Assembly: GCF_026210795.1 (NCBI RefSeq)
Contig: NC_089429.1
Span: forward strand, 5,270,001 to 5,334,000
Reading direction: 5' to 3'
Source of the DNA: Rhizophagus irregularis
Lineage: Eukaryota
DNA length: 64,000 nucleotides
Shown here in pieces: positions 14,992-29,100 of the stretch. The stretch's first letter is position 1; each line of letters begins with the position of its first letter. Below the pieces are notes generated by a model. That model made no database searches, was not told the DNA's origin, and worked only from the letters and a program-made list of their open reading frames with translations. Both the position numbers and the translations under genes were made by a program.

Positions 14992-16042
14992 TTAAAAAAA
15001 TTTTATTCTTGTAAACGTTCGCTTATTCTAGGAACGGACTGACCTTTCTTGGAACGAAGGTTGGCTTGAACTTGGAAGATAAATCGGAGTTTATTAAATT
15101 ATAAATAACATATTTATTATAAAACGACTGTACATGCTGGAAAGATACTTTTCAGGAATAGGCTTACTTGCCCTATAAAAAAAATTCTGGAATAAACTCC
15201 GATAAATGATCATTTTTCTTTATATTCCGAAGAAACCAAAGAAACTCAGACACGTGATCATTTTTCTGAAAAATTTTTTATAGATTTCAACCCAATGTTT
15301 TTTTTAAAAATTACATTATAGAAATGTTAGTAGCAATTCTTCTATTGTTTATTTTAGGAATAGGTATTCTTGGAACGAGATTTTGACTTGGAAGATAAGG
15401 TAGTTCTTTTTTTTAAATTACTTGATTGAACCATTATTAACTTCTTTGAAATATAATAATTTATTATTCTTATGTAAAGAATCTAAGAATCTATTATTAT
15501 ATTCAATGCCCTAAAAATATAATGCTAGAGGAGAAAAGGCAACAAATTAATGGAAATAAGTCATTAACATTAACAAACTCATAATAATCCAATAATTTAT
15601 AATTTATAAATAAATGGATTATGCAAGATTATAAAGTTTAAATTTAAGTAAATAGACCAGCTCTTTTCTAAAGGCCTGAGTCTTTAAATTTTTTATAATC
15701 ACGTAACATTTATTTCAAATAGTAATATAGAAATGGTACTAATAGTAAATATATATCTTAAAATTAAATTTACAAAATATTTCAACAGATTTTATTGAAG
15801 TACTTTAACATAGTTCTTATTAGTAGGTAATAAATGCAATAATTTAATTAAATATTATTATACATCCTATAACTTATTGTAAATTAATTAAAAACTTCAT
15901 ATTTTTCAGATTTCTACATTGAAAGATTGACACTTTCCAAGATTATTATAATCTCTTTCAACTGCTTCTTTGTATAATTCAAATGCCCTAACTTTATTTC
16001 ATTCAGTTTCTATACTATTTTGATAAAAACTTCCACAGCTGT

Positions 16043-18080
16043 CTATTGAATAATACCAAATGCTTCCTCACATAATTTGTATAATTCACTTGCTTTAATT
16101 TCATTTTTTTCAGTTCCTATTCCATACTGATAACAACATGCAAGTTTATTCATTGCAACAATATCATCTTTTTCAGCTGCTTCTTTATATAATTCAAATG
16201 CTTTAATTTTATTTTCTTCAGTTCCTATTCCATTCATATAACATGTTCCAAGATGATTTATTGAAGAAATATTTCCTTTTTCAGCTGCTTTTTTATATAA
16301 TTCAAATGCTTTAATTCTATTTTCTTTAGTTCCTATTCCATCTTGATAACATATTCCAAGTTGATTTATTGAAGAAATACTTCCTTTTTCAGCTGCTTTT
16401 TCATATAATTCAAATGCTTTAATTTTATTTTCTTTAGTTCCTATTCCATACTGATAACAAAGTCCAAGCTGTTGTATTGAATCAATGTTTCCTTTTATAG
16501 CTGCTTCTTTATATAAATCAAATGCTTCGATTTCATTTTTATTAGTTCCTATTCCATAATGAAAAAAAATTGCTAAAAGAAAAATATTCTGCAGTACATC
16601 CATATTATCTAATAAATAATTGAATATTTCTTCTTCATCTTTGTTTTCTGATGCTATATAACTTTTGGCTAATTGAATATAGTAAGATTCTTCACACTTT
16701 CTTATTTGAATAAACTTATCATGAAGTAATAACAATTCATTAATAATATTAATAATAACTTTATTGTTATTTGGATCTTCATCAAGTTCCATTGCATTGT
16801 CTTCTATTATATTCAAATTAATTAATTTTAATTCAGAGAATACCTGTTCCATATCTGACCTATCATCTGGATTATCTTTCCAGCATTCTAGAAAAAATTA
16901 TAAAATTAAAAAAAATCATAATTAATGGTTACATTAATGAATACATTAAAAAAATACAATAAATAAATAATCATACTTGTATAAATATTAATATAATCAC
17001 TTGGTGTATCATAAATTGGAGTTTCTCTTTTTCCATTTAAAATTTCTGATATTAGCGCTATTCGTTGAAAATCATCATTATAAGATTCAAACGGTTTTCG
17101 TCCAGACGATATTTCCCATAAAAGTACGCCAACACTATACACGTCTGATTTCTTATAATTATAATTACTATTTGATTGGTTTTTAAAAAGTTGTGGATCA
17201 ATATATGAGATTAATCCAACAAGTTTATTTTGGGTATTTGTTACTTCAACTAGCCTACGTGAAAGTCCGAAATCTATTAATTTGATCATATTCTGATGAA
17301 CCAAAATATTATTCGAATGCTATTTTATAATAAATTATAACAAGTCCAATTAACATATTTTAATTAAAAATAAATTAATCAAAAAAATAAATAAAATAAA
17401 ATAGAAATAAAACATAAACCTACTAGATCACGATGAACAATATTTTTTTTATGCATAGACGAAACTGCATCAGCAATTTGAATAGCAAATTTTAATTTAA
17501 TATTCCAATCCAATTTATGGAAATTAACTTTCAAATAATTTCTCAATGTACCACTATCAGCGTATTCAAGAACAAGTAAAAAATTTGAATCTATATAATT
17601 TTCATTATCTAAATTACCTATATAAAATGAATAAATTAATTTATCAAATATAATTATAATTTATTCTTTAAAAAAATCATTTTTAATAAATAATACTTAC
17701 TTTGTCTTTTAGTGATACCAAAAAATTGAATAATATTCATATGAAAATTAACTTTATGCAATAATTTTATCTGAAATGAAAAAAGAAAAATTTTTTATTA
17801 TATTATTCACAATAAAATATTGCTAATAATTAATTGTATACTTTTCTACCTCATTAACAACTTCTTTCATAATACAATTATCAATTTCAAAAGATTTTAA
17901 TGCGACAACGGTATCAGAACTCTCCCAAGCAGCACGATAAACATTACCAAATGCACCAAAACCAATACGTTGAACATTTTTAAATTCATTATAATTATGG
18001 TAATTAATATATTCTTCAGCAATTCCGTTCTCAATCCATTTAATCCATTTATTCGTATCTGTATTTGAAGTGCTTGTCAT
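16043..18080 (-). CDS. Protein kinase (TKL-like) with C-terminal Sel1-like repeats; 5 exons (approx. 18080-17850, 17771-17701, 17617-17444, 17319-16978, 16887-16043)
   Basis: GFGAFGNV, VALK, HRDL|HSNNIL, DFG and SDVYSVGVLLWEI kinase motifs, then about 5 repeats of LGxCYxxGIGT..KAFELYxxAA. Introns are GT-AG. Confidence 0.9.
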
Positions 18081-18885
18081 TTTTCTTTATTTATTCAAAA
18101 GGGATAATTTGAAACTTTTTTTTTTTTATTCATAATACTATACGCAGTGTAACTTTTCACAAAATTCAAATGATGATCTGGCGTAAATTTTTGCGGCACG
18201 ATAGTTGTGATGGGCAAAATAGCATCTCACATAAAATTTTGTTTATATTAGCGTTAACTAAATAGTTAAATTTCTAAACCTTTATATTTTTTCAAATATT
18301 TTTGTGTTATGAAAATATTGGGGCGGACAGTCAACTTCAAAACCATGTTTTATTATATAAAGATTTTTTATCGGATAATAATTTATCTGCGCACGTCTTA
18401 GGGTTCTTTTCCAAGCTCTTTCTTTTCCCTGTAAAAAATCTGATCCGTGTTTTATCTTTCCATGTTTTTTCCGTGAATGTATCATTTTCACGGAATTTTT
18501 ACGAAAGACATGGAGAAATAATGGAAATATTCGGATAAAAATTTTTTATATGGTTTTATTCATCGCTCCTCATTTTAAAATTCCATATTCCTTTTTGTGA
18601 CATTGAATTTTTTTTTTCGTATAACGAAAATGCCAACATAAAAATGGGTGTTTCCGATTTAATTTCTTCTTTTTGTCGCATTCTCTCTTTAATTCATCTA
18701 AAAATAATTTTCTGGCGTCTTTTTATGTTTCTCAAAACGTATTATTTTAACCGGCGTTTGATTTATATACCCATGTTGGTAAATTAGATGTACAGCTTTA
18801 CTATTTTGCATTTTTAGAAATAAATTATATAAAATTCATTAATACGACTTTATAAACAAAGTTACGAAGCTATTCGTTATATATC

Positions 18886-19072
18886 CACAGTGAAATTCGA
18901 TATACTGGGACCTTGATATAACGGATTATGAGTAAAATCTTGATATATCGGAACGGGATTATTATAACGTACAATTAATTTACCTTCAATATATCGGAAT
19001 TCTTGATATAACGGATTTTTGACAAATTTTACTAATGGAACGGATGGTTCCATTATATCGAATTTCACTGTG
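18886..19072. mobile_element. MITE with Tc1/pogo-like CAGTG...CACTG ends
   Basis: cacagtgaaattcgatata at the left is the reverse complement of tatatcgaatttcactgtg at the right. Confidence 0.8.
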
Positions 19073-19341
19073 TATATGTCAGTATATATATAATACACGC
19101 CGATTAATAGTAAAATCAATATATAGATGAGATTTTAATTGTAAAATACTAGAAAATTACTAGTTAATGCTTCGTAACTTTGTAGGAATAGTTCATAAAG
19201 ACTAATTATTACCAAAATAATTGGGAAGAGAGTTGTTGTTCAATTTTGGACATTCAAACAAATATGGACTATCTTCATGTATGAATATTAATTTTGATAA
19301 AAAAAAAAAATTTAACTAATCTAATGGTTAGATAACCTATA

Positions 19342-19517
19342 CCCTATAAAATATTTTATCCGTTATTTCTGTAAAAACTCCGTAAAAATGAGCCTTTTTA
19401 CGGATCCATTCACGGAAAATGTAAATAATTTGATAAATTCCGTATTAATTCCGGAAATATGATCCTTTTATGGAAAAAAGACGGAATATAAAAAGCGGAT
19501 CAACTTTTTTTACAGGG
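19342..19517. mobile_element. MITE-like element; related copy near 18427-18555
   Basis: ccct...aggg inverted ends. The right end cggatcaac(t)nacaggg is complementary to ccctgtaaaaaatctgatccg near 18427. Confidence 0.5.
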
Positions 19518-19534
19518 ATATAGTTTTGTTGGTA

Positions 19535-19822
19535 CGGTACGCTTCACCGAAGTACATTTCGCCATATCCTTTTCCCCGAATCGTCCATTTCTTCGAAGAA
19601 CATTTCGTCAAAAATGTTAGTGATTAACATATTTCCTTAATCATTAACAATTTCGATACAAAGAAAATAAAAAATGCTCGAAAAATTGATGAATATGTGA
19701 TTTTTTTTTATCTTATTTTATGTATAAATAATAATTCGTTTTCTTAAAAAAAAAAAGTAAAAAAATTATATATCTTCTGCGAAATGTCCCTTCGGCGAAA
19801 TGAACTTTGGCGAAAAGTCCGA
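19535..19822. mobile_element. Degenerate MITE with ttcgcc/ggcgaa subterminal repeats
   Basis: cttcaccgaagtacatttcgcc at the left and ggcgaaatgaactttggcgaaaag at the right are inverted relatives. Confidence 0.5.
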
Positions 19823-20872
19823 ATACATGAAATTTTCACGTTTGTTTCTTATATTGTATTATATATGCAATAAAAATTTTGCTTAAATTACAATAAAATG
19901 CCATATAATGAATTTCCCTTAATTAAACAAGAATTTGAAATTCACATCACGTTATTTTACGTTATTTTACGTACTGTAATATCGAAACAATTTATCATTC
20001 TTAGGGGTCTGGCTCATTTCACCGACAGTTTTGTCCTAATTCATTTATCCTAACCCTAATCCTAACACTAATTTCCTAATTTCCTTACCTAACCCTAAAT
20101 CTAATCCTAAATTCCCTTGTCTACCTTTGAAAATTGGTGTATAGTTTTTTGAATTTCATTCTATTAAACACTTAGTACATGTGCTCAGCAGATTATTAAA
20201 TTAATGATCGAATTTGGTCGATCTCAATGAAGTATAATTTATATAAAAAGGGATGAGGCGGATTGAGGCGCTGCTCCCGATCGAAATTTATTTGTCCCAT
20301 TTACATCACGTGATAACTATGTGTTATTCGGCAAGATACATGTGCGCGCGACCATAACGGGACAAGTTTCGGGACTTTTCGGGAATTTCTTCATACCCTC
20401 ACATAGCTCACTTTTTTCGGGCTTTTCTCCCGTCTACCTTGTAATTTAATAATTTCTACATTATAACTTCCCGTATAATTTCTCATGATTAAACTGAAAA
20501 TCATTACTTTTAAAAATTCTTTATAAATATTAATAAGGGAAGAGAATAATGAAATTAAAAATGCATTTAAAAGCTTAAAATGGACACAAATTTAAATTGA
20601 AAGCTAAGATGATGGTCAGAAATGAAGTTAATTCCCCTCTCTAGGTCAATTGTAACATACTTGTCGGCATTTAAGCCTTTACTGATTTCCAAAAAGGAAA
20701 TGTGTAACGTCAGCTATGGACTAACCCCTTACATTATGGCATATCAAATTAGGAAAGTCCGGTGGGCAGTCAAACAATATAAAATATGAGATTTAGCCTC
20801 ATAACAAGTTCATATCAAAAAAAAAAAAAGAAAAGAAACTATTATTTTTTATAAAAGAAACAAAATTATCTA

Positions 20873-21745
20873 ATGATGAAATTATTTTTAACTTTCGTTA
20901 TTTTCTTTTCACTTATTCAAATATCAACAATTTTTGCAGCTGATTTTAGTTACAGCGGGACTACAGGACCAGCATTTTGGGGTAATTTCAACGAAACGTG
21001 TCTTAAGGGAAAAAATCAATCACCAATTGATATTCCTTACAATGAATTTATAAAATTTAGTAAACCTGATGATGTAGAATTTCATGATGCTCATGATGTT
21101 GTCATTGAAAATAAGGGTCATACTATTGAAATTTCAAAAAATTTGGACGCCAAATTGAAAATTAAAGATAATGAATATAATTTATTACAATTTCATTTTC
21201 ATACCCCTTCTGAACATCGTGTTAATGGAAAATATTATGACGTTGAAGCTCATTTTGTTTTCACTGATACAAAAGACAACCTTTCTGTTATCGGAGTCTT
21301 TTATGATGTTTCCGATCGACGAAATAGATTTTTTGATCCAATTATTTACAATGTAAGCGAATATTTTCCTTACATTTCACGTGATTAGTTCAATTATTTA
21401 ATATTTATTGTTATTTTCACATATAGATTCCTGATGAAAATGCTAAAAAAACGATCGATTTTATTAAACTTTCTTCAGTAATAGAAGATATTAATTGGAT
21501 GAACTCGGTAAGAATTAATAATTTATTTTTATTACAAAAATTGAATTATCATTTACAATATCTCTTATGAAAAATTACGTTAGACTTATAACTATTTTGG
21601 AAGTCTTACCACGCCTCCATGCTCAGAAGGCGTCAACTGGTGGGTCGCTTATCCCGTTCAGCCAATCGGAAAAAATCAATATTTAAAACTTCGGGATGCT
21701 ATGGGTTTTAATTCACGTTATACTCAAGTGAGAAACGGGGAATAG
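20873..21745 (+). CDS. Secreted alpha-class carbonic anhydrase; exons approx. 20873-21352, 21427-21507, 21584-21745
   Basis: Signal peptide, QSPIDI, NKGHT, zinc-ligand motifs QFHFHTPSEH and EAHFV, and GSLTTPPCSEGVNW in the last exon. Introns are GT-AG. Confidence 0.93.
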
Positions 21746-22812
21746 TGAATTATGATAACCTGTAATATTATGATAATATGATGATGATATTTTTATGTAA
21801 TAGATCACAAATAATTATTTATAAAGTAATAAAGGGCCATTTGTAAATCACGTGATTTTAATAACTACAATTTGAGGAAATATTTCAATGATATTAATAC
21901 AGTATAAGGATCGTCCGGAACAAAAGAAAAAAATTAAATATATCTACAAAATTTTCAATTCGATAGAAAACAAATTTTGCAAAAGTATATTTATTTGTCC
22001 GGTACGAATACAGAATATCGGACCATATTAAAAATAAAAAAATTCAAATCGTGGATTACGTATTCTTATGCATACTGTATTGCCCGATATTGCTTTGTAT
22101 GAAACAATTTACTAATATAAATGTAATAATCATATGATTATGATCATCAGGAATTTTGCATCGATTTTCGATTTAGACCGGTTATTTTGACACCTAATTT
22201 TTCCAGAAATATTTTTAACCTATCATCATTATCAGATCTACAAACCTTTTTTTTTTGTTTTTTTACTCTATTCGGTAATACTTTCATTTTTTTCCATTTA
22301 GGCGACAAATTAGAAAATTCTTTTATAACCATATGGTGTTCATTTATCATGGTTGGATTATTTCTTTTCTTTATTAATTATATAAAACCGAAGCTCTTTA
22401 TAATTTGTCTCCTATTCTTCATTATCTAAATTATCTAAACATCGGATTATATCTTAAATTTTTTACCCAAACGCTAAGTCAACAATGAATAATAAAATTT
22501 AAAATAAATTAAACTTTTTATCGTCTATTCCGAATTGATAAATCTTTAATTCTTTTTAATTTGAAAAGGTCGTTTGTTATTATAATTTACCGTTAAAAAT
22601 TGGTTTTCTTTAACAAGAAAGTATGGGAATTTTTTGTACGACCTTGCGTTCAGCCCCCTGTAGTTTGACAATCTATTTTTTGTTTTTGTTAGAAACAAGT
22701 TTAAAAACTTGAATTTTGTATAAATTATAAATATAAAAAATATAAATTATAAACTTTAAAATATAAAAAAATAAAAAATTAATTTTTTTTTTTTCGTTAC
22801 GAAAAAAAAAAC

Positions 22813-23820
22813 ATGTCTAAATTAGAACTTGTCGCTTCTGCAATTTCTTCTATGATTAATGTTCCTGTAAAAACTTATGATGAATGCTTAGCTAAAGGTT
22901 GGAAAAAAATTCCTCCTGAACAATTTTTAGACATTGGACGCATTCATGAAAGTTCTTTAAATAGATACGGGGATAACCTTTCTTCTAAATTCCCTAATAA
23001 TAATAATGATGATGATGATTTATATTTCCCAATTATTGTAAACAATAATAATTCACCAAGCAGAATTATAGTACGTCGAATTAGTCAACCTTTTCAAATT
23101 TTTGTCAACCCTCTTTCTGGAGGAAGTCATACAATGCTCGTATATCCACATACTACTGTCCTTGAATTAAAATATGCTATTAAAAGGGAGCTCGGTTATG
23201 ATATCAGACCGTTACGTCTTGTATTTGCTGATAAACAATTGGATGATAATAAAACTCTTTCATCTTACAATATTCGAAAAGGTAATACTGTACAAATTTT
23301 ATTTCGTGCTTATGGAGGTTTTAATTTTTATGTTATCAAGAAAGATTTTTTAAGCCCTAAATATGATTATGATTTCTCAAATTTAATTGATGATGGAAAA
23401 ATTCACACTCGTGGAAAAGAGTTATACAAAAGACCTTATGGATGGAATAGAATTGCACTTAACGTTGGTAAATATGGTTATGATGAGAAATGGTTGGGTA
23501 GTTCCGGTAAATCTGATGAATGGCCAGTTTCTTATCATGGTACTAGGAAAGATTTTGTTGATTCTATCGCTGATAAAGGTTATTTGCTTAAGAAAGGAAA
23601 AAGATTCAAATATGGAAAAGGAATTTATTCAACTCCTGATATTGATATAGCTGAAGAATATGCTACTGAATTTAAATCTACTTCTGGTGTTGTTTATAAG
23701 GTAGTTTTTCAAAATAGAGTTAACCCTAAAGGAATGGTAAAGATTGAAGATTGTGATTATTGGGTCGTACCTGATGAAAGGGATATTAGACCGTATGGAT
23801 TGTGCATAAAAAAAGTTTAA
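22813..23820 (+). CDS. Ubiquitin-like domain fused to a PARP-like ADP-ribosyltransferase fold domain
   Basis: The UBL reads FQIFV...TTVLELKYAI...LRLVFADKQLDDNKTLSSYNIRKGNTVQILFRAYGG. The C-terminus has YHGT, YGKGIYSTP..IAEEYA and DIRPYGLC motifs. Confidence 0.8.
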   Translation: MSKLELVASAISSMINVPVKTYDECLAKGWKKIPPEQFLDIGRIHESSLNRYGDNLSSKFPNNNNDDDDLYFPIIVNNNNSPSRIIVRRISQPFQIFVNPLSGGSHTMLVYPHTTVLELKYAIKRELGYDIRPLRLVFADKQLDDNKTLSSYNIRKGNTVQILFRAYGGFNFYVIKKDFLSPKYDYDFSNLIDDGKIHTRGKELYKRPYGWNRIALNVGKYGYDEKWLGSSGKSDEWPVSYHGTRKDFVDSIADKGYLLKKGKRFKYGKGIYSTPDIDIAEEYATEFKSTSGVVYKVVFQNRVNPKGMVKIEDCDYWVVPDERDIRPYGLCIKKV

Positions 23821-24804
23821 TTAGAGAAACTAATAAGTTATTATTTATCCTATTTAGTATTATTTTGAGAGTAATATTTAAAAAGGAATTTCTTTATCTG
23901 TAATGTAAATTAGATTCGTAATGTAAATTACGTTAGAAGAATATATAGTTATTATCGAACATTTTGTAACATCACCCTTATGTATTATTTATTAGATATT
24001 AATCTGGGGTATACATAGTATATATTATTCTGGGGTATACATAGTATTAGATATTAAATTTTGTAGGAATAAAATTAAATTTAAAATCATTTTCTTATAA
24101 TTTCAAATATTCTTTATTTCTTTTAAATTACGCTATATAGGATTATAACGGTTAATCAATAAATATTCATGGGGATATTATTCAATAAAAAAATTTAGGT
24201 CCTTAATTATTTTTCATAAACTAGCACGTTTGTTACTTGTTTCTCTTTGCCGACAACCTGGAAACCTGACAACTCTACAAGTTATCGGCATCAATTATAC
24301 CGAGCGTCCCGGCAGAAACTTTAAACCATATTTTATTTGAAACGTTATTACTATTATTAAGAAGCAACAATATCTTTTTATCTTGTTTTAAAAAATTAAT
24401 ATATTTATAGCCTCTTTTGTTTCAAAAAAATTAAAAATTTCTGAAATTACGCGGACCATCTCGATAAATTTAATTTATAAGAAGGAATATTGATACTTAA
24501 TATGAAGAGACAGAAACTATACCATTTTTAGTTATCCTGTTGATACAGATTGTATATAAAAACAATCCCTGTATTTTAATAACTAGTATTGCGGCAAGCA
24601 TTCGTTAACGACCTTTGCAGAATATTCGCCAAAATTTTAAACATAATTTGCTTAAAGCCTCTTATAGACTTTTCTGGTTCATACGCAAAAATGTACTATT
24701 TTCATAAAGAAAAGATAAGCTCTTTGTCCAGTATGAGGCGCAGCTTTATTCTATACATTGGTTCGGAATTTTTTTTGTTGCCTAAATTCAAAAATTCTTT
24801 TAGG

Positions 24805-25385
24805 AAAATGGCAATTGAGAATGGCGTTGCTGATGATTATATAAATTGTGAATTTAAAAAAATATTGAATATATAAAGTTATGGAGGATTTGGTAAACTA
24901 CTTGGGAGAAAAATTTGAATAATGTCGTTGCATTAAATCGGGTTAAAAACAATGTTTATTATAAAAAAAATTGTTAATGAGGTAAATAAAGCTGTATTCT
25001 ATTACGAATGGTACTTTTTTATTTTATAGATAAAATTGTATAAAGTTAATTTTCATAAAAATATTATCCAAATTTATGGTATCTAATATTTTGTATCGAT
25101 CTTGATATACTAATTTGTTCATTTTGTTTATACAATAATATGAATTCAAAATATTCCCTCATTCTTGGGAAATTATTATTAATAATAAATGATAATTTCA
25201 ATAAATTATATTGGTACAATTTTGCTATTCAAATTGTTTCTGATGTTTGCGCTTCGCGCCACATCATACCATTTATTTAGCACGCCCGTACAATAACATA
25301 CAATTATGACCTAGTGTTGGTGTGTTTCTATATATGGGAGATATCATCCAAGACCATTTTAAATCATATACTTCTCATCAAAAAT
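24805..25385 (+). pseudogene. Decayed kinase exons, the 5' part of a kinase-Sel1 paralogue
   Basis: IENGVADDYIN, ggaggatttggtaaa (GGFGK), aaaattgttaatgag|gtaaat and SVGVFLYWEISS-like remnants parallel the intact genes at 16-18 kb and 42-47 kb. Many stops and frameshifts. Confidence 0.7.
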
Positions 25386-26199
25386 TCAATTATTTAACAT
25401 TTATATTTTATTTTAATAAATACTACCGCTAATATAGTAATATTGTAAATTAATTTTTATGAATTAATTTTTAGACTACAAGGATTACACTATCTAAATT
25501 AATTAATCTGCAACAAAACATAAAAATGTAAGATATTGAATTAAATACAGATACTATCTATGGAAATTGAATCAAACAAAATATAACATAAATCAAAACG
25601 TATAGTAAAAGAGGACCGCTGTTATATTATATGTAGTAAGTATAGAGTTGTTAATAAAGTTGGGAAATATAAATCTTGAATTGTGTAAATTAATTGACCC
25701 ATTTTCGTGAAAATCAAGGTAAAAAGAAGATAACTGAATTTTTTTTTTTAAGTCTTAATCTCTTAAAATTCAATAGTTCACAAGAAGAGAATCAAACGTT
25801 ATTAATGATCAATAACGAATTCGGTCGTGAAAATGACCAACTTTACGAAAGCCTTGAACGATATCGGTCAGTCAAACTTTTGAGAAGCTTACAAACGGCC
25901 GTCCGAGAAGATCGTAAACTTGAGTCGGATTTATAACCTATTATTTGTTTTAATTATAATTAAAAAAAAAAAGGCTTTACAAGGACTTGTTAAAGGGAAA
26001 ATTAATTGGTTTTTAGATGAATTAGTTTATGAAGTAGCTTAAAGAACTGGAAAAATTGTACCAATACCAGCTTAATGGAGATCTTTAGAATCAAAGAAAA
26101 AAAGTACTAAGAACTTATTTTTATATAATAAATTTAAATGGTTCTATAATACAAAAATAATTATGACTACAGAAGGCTGCAGCAAAAAAAGGTGAATTT

Positions 26200-29100
26200 C
26201 TTAGAAGTGATCTCATATTAACAATAAGTGATTTTAATCCCGAACAATCGATTTTACATGAAATAGATCGTAATCATGGACGAGAGAGCGTAAGATTGAT
26301 TTGATGAATGGAGAAAATGGAGTAAAGAATATGAACCGAGAGATGATATAAATACGGGAATTTGATACATTGATGGAGGAAATACAATATGAAGAATTTA
26401 AGGAAATATTAGAAACAACTAATAACTGGAAAGCGCCAGGCAATTCGTATGATTTTATTAAACATAGTGGAAAAATTATGAAAGAAGTATTACTAGTTAA
26501 GTTGATGAACATGTGTTTAAAGAAAAGAGAATTAGCGAAGGACTGGTTGAATGATAGCTACTAGTATATATCCAATTCCAAAGAAAGAAGATTGGGTAGT
26601 GACATTACTTTAACCAGACCAATTACTGTACATTTAATAGAATGTACAAGGAAATTAATTTTATGATTATCACAAAAAGATTGACAAGGATAATGAAAAA
26701 TCATAATATATAATTTATTTGCAGCTTTAGAAGGAGAGAGTTGTTTCGAGACGTTTAAAATAATTCAATCTTTATTAGAAGATGCTAGGTTGAAAAAGTA
26801 AAGAATGTTGGATGCTTTTAATGGATATATCTAAAGCATATGATGATTAAGGCGTAAGAATATCAGAAGAATTTATTGAGTTAGTTAAGTTAGTTTTTTA
26901 TAATAGGAAAAATAAGGTGATTGTCAGTGTCATTATACTGAGTTGATGACGGATTGGATCAAGGGGAGGTATGGTCTCCAATTTTGTGGCGTATCTTCTT
27001 TGATCCTTTATTATACAAGTTAATGAAGATACAACGGCGTGAAATATGGAAGCATATGAAATAGTGAATATCAATACGGGTTGTATGATCAAAGTTTTGG
27101 AAAAAATTAATCATTTAGAATTCATGGATGACGCTAATTTAATTAGCAGGAGCAAAGAAGGGTTAATTGAACTTTATGGTATATGTAGTAGTTTTTATTT
27201 TAAGCTATGACGCTAAGTGATATCAAAGCTAATCCAAAAAAATACGAGTTGCTAGCAGTAGGGAAAAAGAGCGAAGCAAACGAAGAAGATCACATTCTAG
27301 ATGACGTAACAATAAAGATTAATTGTAGTAGTATAAGAGAGTAAGCTTTTTAGGAGTTTGGCTTAATAATTCAGCTTCATTTAGATTTCATAATATAACT
27401 ATAGAGGATTTAGTCAAGAAAATATTAAATATTATGCGTGGAAAAAGTTAACGACAAAGGAATATATATTTTTATGGAATACAGTTGTAATTCCAATAAT
27501 TGAATACCAACTTCAGTGCACGGTGCTGTCTGGAACTTTAATAGATAGATTAGACAGCAAAATCAGAAATCTCATTAATAACATAAATGTAATTAATCAC
27601 GCATACAAATAATAGCATTATTCACGATAAGGATTTTTTTGGTTGTAAAGTATTAAGGCACTTCAGAAAGGATTTTTATCGAAAACAATTTTATATTGCA
27701 TATATTGCGTTAATATTAATGATAATTTGTTGGGAAGAATTATGAAAGTTAAGATAGCGTTAATGGCTGTATTTTTAATGATATTGGGCATGTGTAAATA
27801 AATAGAAAGCAAATTTGGCCACTTTTCTTTAGATCATAAGAAATCGCGCCGTGAATTTGTAGCGCTGCTCACCAACTCCCCGCCAACACCAAAGATATAG
27901 ATTTGGCGCCACTTGCACTGTCAATGTACCATTGTCTCTTCATTCCTATAAGCCTAAGAGATGGGCTTATGTTACTTTTATGATCCCAGGAACTTCTGGA
28001 TGCTGCGATGGAACAAATTATCGCTCTCCAAGGTCGCAATTTAAAGTGGGATCTCCCAGCCAATACTACTAAACTTTGTCACCGATGTGGCAAATTGGGA
28101 TGTAACCCACAATCTTGCCCTCTTCGTGGTGGATGAGGACGTTCGCGTACTCGCGATCCTGTTGCCAAACCCTGTGATCGGATCAAACTTTTATTTTATG
28201 TGGTGATCGGATCAAACTTAATCAACCCACTAATAAATCCAATAGTTCTCGGTCTCGGTCACGTTCTAAATCCTGTGATCGATCCCGCTTCGAGGCTTCC
28301 CGCTCTGGACCTGCGAATCCTAATTCTGATCAGCGTAATCAGAAATCTTCAAGTCATAAGCAAACTCCACAATCTGGCTTGGTTAGTAGAATGATTTTGT
28401 CTACATTATCACGTGACGAAAAGTGGACACGATAGATTAAAAAAATTTTTCCAAATAGTATGCAAAGTTTAGATATTTTATCAATTAACATAATATATAG
28501 CATTATAAAAATTTCTTGCAAAATACAAGCTTAAATACCAGTAATAGCCTAAATCGGTGAATATAATGTATGTATTGATGAAGATAATAGAATGAAAACG
28601 TGGAAATTATAACAGCGGAATGGTTTCAGATTTTAGAAGAAAAGCTTATTAAAGATTTCGTTACGAAAGAAGTTTATTTATAGTAGTTATGAATTAGTTA
28701 AGGATGTATATGAAGCGTATGGAAATTTAAGGGTAGTTAAGAATTATTGGAATGAGCTTGAAAAAGAATTTCTTGATAAAGATTTAGACTCGTTATTAAA
28801 TATAGATTGTCGGTTAAATATTATAGAAAAGATTTTAGAGGGTATAAGGGTTATCAAATGTTGGAAGAGAATTTTATTAAAGGATATAGTAATTTAGAAA
28901 AAGAAGAAATTTATATATACAGGTGCAAGTAAAAAAGGTGACGTTTGTGGTATAGGTTGGGTGATATTTAATAGTATAAATAATATTATAAGTGAGGAAC
29001 ATTTACGAATCATTGATAATTTTGAAGTTTTAGAATTAGAAATATTAGCAATAATAACAGCGTTAATGACGGTTAAAGAGGAGAGTAAAATTCAGATTTA

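Noticed and set aside
20045..20112. Telomere-like ccctaa repeats
   Set aside because: Only a few degenerate interstitial units are present, probably part of a transposon fragment and not a chromosome end.
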